64,000 bases of DNA from Geosiphon pyriformis uo1 (taxonomy: Eukaryota > Fungi > Glomeromycota), in contig JAAOMT010000094.1 in NCBI GenBank assembly GCA_016748015.1, positions 374,251 through 438,250 of the forward strand, given 5' to 3'. Shown piece after piece: positions 63,295 through 64,000 of the stretch. The translations under genes were made by a program, and so were the position numbers. How positions within the stretch are numbered: position 1 is the stretch's first letter; the number at the start of each line of letters is the position of its first letter. The notes beneath the pieces are model-generated. The model searched no databases. It was not told where the DNA came from and saw only the letters and a program-made list of their open reading frames with translations.

Positions 63295-64000
63295 ATGACT
63301 ATCTCTCGAAATATTCAACAAATATCTCAAAAATTAATGCTAGCTTTAAAAACAATACCTGAATTATTTATTACTATTACAGAAAAACATATTAATTATA
63401 CCCAAACAGAAATAGTTGCCAATTTAGCCCCAAATTCACGAAATTATTACCCCTACAAAAAGAACACAAGAAGTTATTCTGGAATTCATCTACCAGAACT
63501 TTTGAAGCTTGCTTTAAGAGAAAATTTAATGTTCACTCCTATTAGTATTTTACCAAATGCTACTATTCAACAAAAACTTCAACTGTGTCTTAATGAAAAA
63601 AACCATGACTATACTCCAATATATAGATATTTTTACATTGGAAAAACACTTCACAAATGAAAATGGGAGCTTACAGCAGCAAACCTCACAAAAAAAGCTA
63701 TTCAGAAACAACTCCACAATAAATTCAAGACAACAGCTGGATCTATAAACAGTCGCTATAAACTAAGAGCTGCTCTTAGACTTTATAACCTATTTCACAT
63801 CTGTAAAAACGTTCTACAAAACCCAATTTTACAACCCTTGAAGATTCAATATATTGGAAAACTCACAGAACTGAAATTTCAACAATTTTCAGACTAAATT
63901 TTTTCAGTAATTTTGGATTACTATCTGAAATGTGCAGACAGTACTTGGACTTCGATGGAGCTTAGTCTTAAGGAGGAGATTATATTACCAGACAAAATTA
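63295..64000 (+). pseudogene. Element D accessory ORF3; frame continues through the PPT into the 3' LTR
   Basis: MTISRNIQQISQKL...; two transition-type stops (63658, 63895); the frame then reads ..SMELSLKEEIILPDKI to the window end. Confidence 0.8.

Larger units (their letters stand above)
55083..64000 (+). mobile_element. Ty3/gypsy element D (family 1): 5' LTR 55083-56062, PBS 56063, 3' LTR starts at 63983
   Basis: Colinear with element A; PBS tttggtgctct; PPT aaggaggaga at 63970-63979; the LTR start t(g>a)ttaccagacaaaatta repeats 55083. Confidence 0.94.

Overview
Eukaryotic, very AT-rich window with no recognisable host gene. It is one deep nest of transposable elements, and the protein style suggests a glomeromycete/Mucoromycota-type fungus (inference only). 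The outermost element is a heavily decayed + strand LINE (LINE-A, ~700-4849, resuming at 45015). It holds a 5'-truncated LINE (2239-3434), a minus-strand LINE-B (4850-45014, about 6.8 kb once inserts are removed) and a decayed Ty3 element E (from 45039). LINE-B contains a hAT transposon (8105-10082) and solo LTR X (11691-43029). X contains a full-length LINE-C (12427-19182) and solo LTR Y (19251-42861). Y contains a non-autonomous LTR element Z (19431-42085), whose 5' LTR holds two full-length Ty3/gypsy elements, A (19563-29221) and B (29736-39831). A second stack is E > LTR W > Ty3 C > Ty3 D, and D runs off the window end. Most junctions are supported by target-site duplications read from the sequence. 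The Ty3 elements have an unusual architecture: N-terminal extension-Gag-PR-Cys-rich domain-dUTPase-dUTPase-like-RT-RNaseH, then a conserved stop, an ATG-initiated integrase, and a conserved non-env third ORF. All elements show near-exclusive C:G>T:A mutation, most severe in the outer (older) elements. All counts were done by eye.
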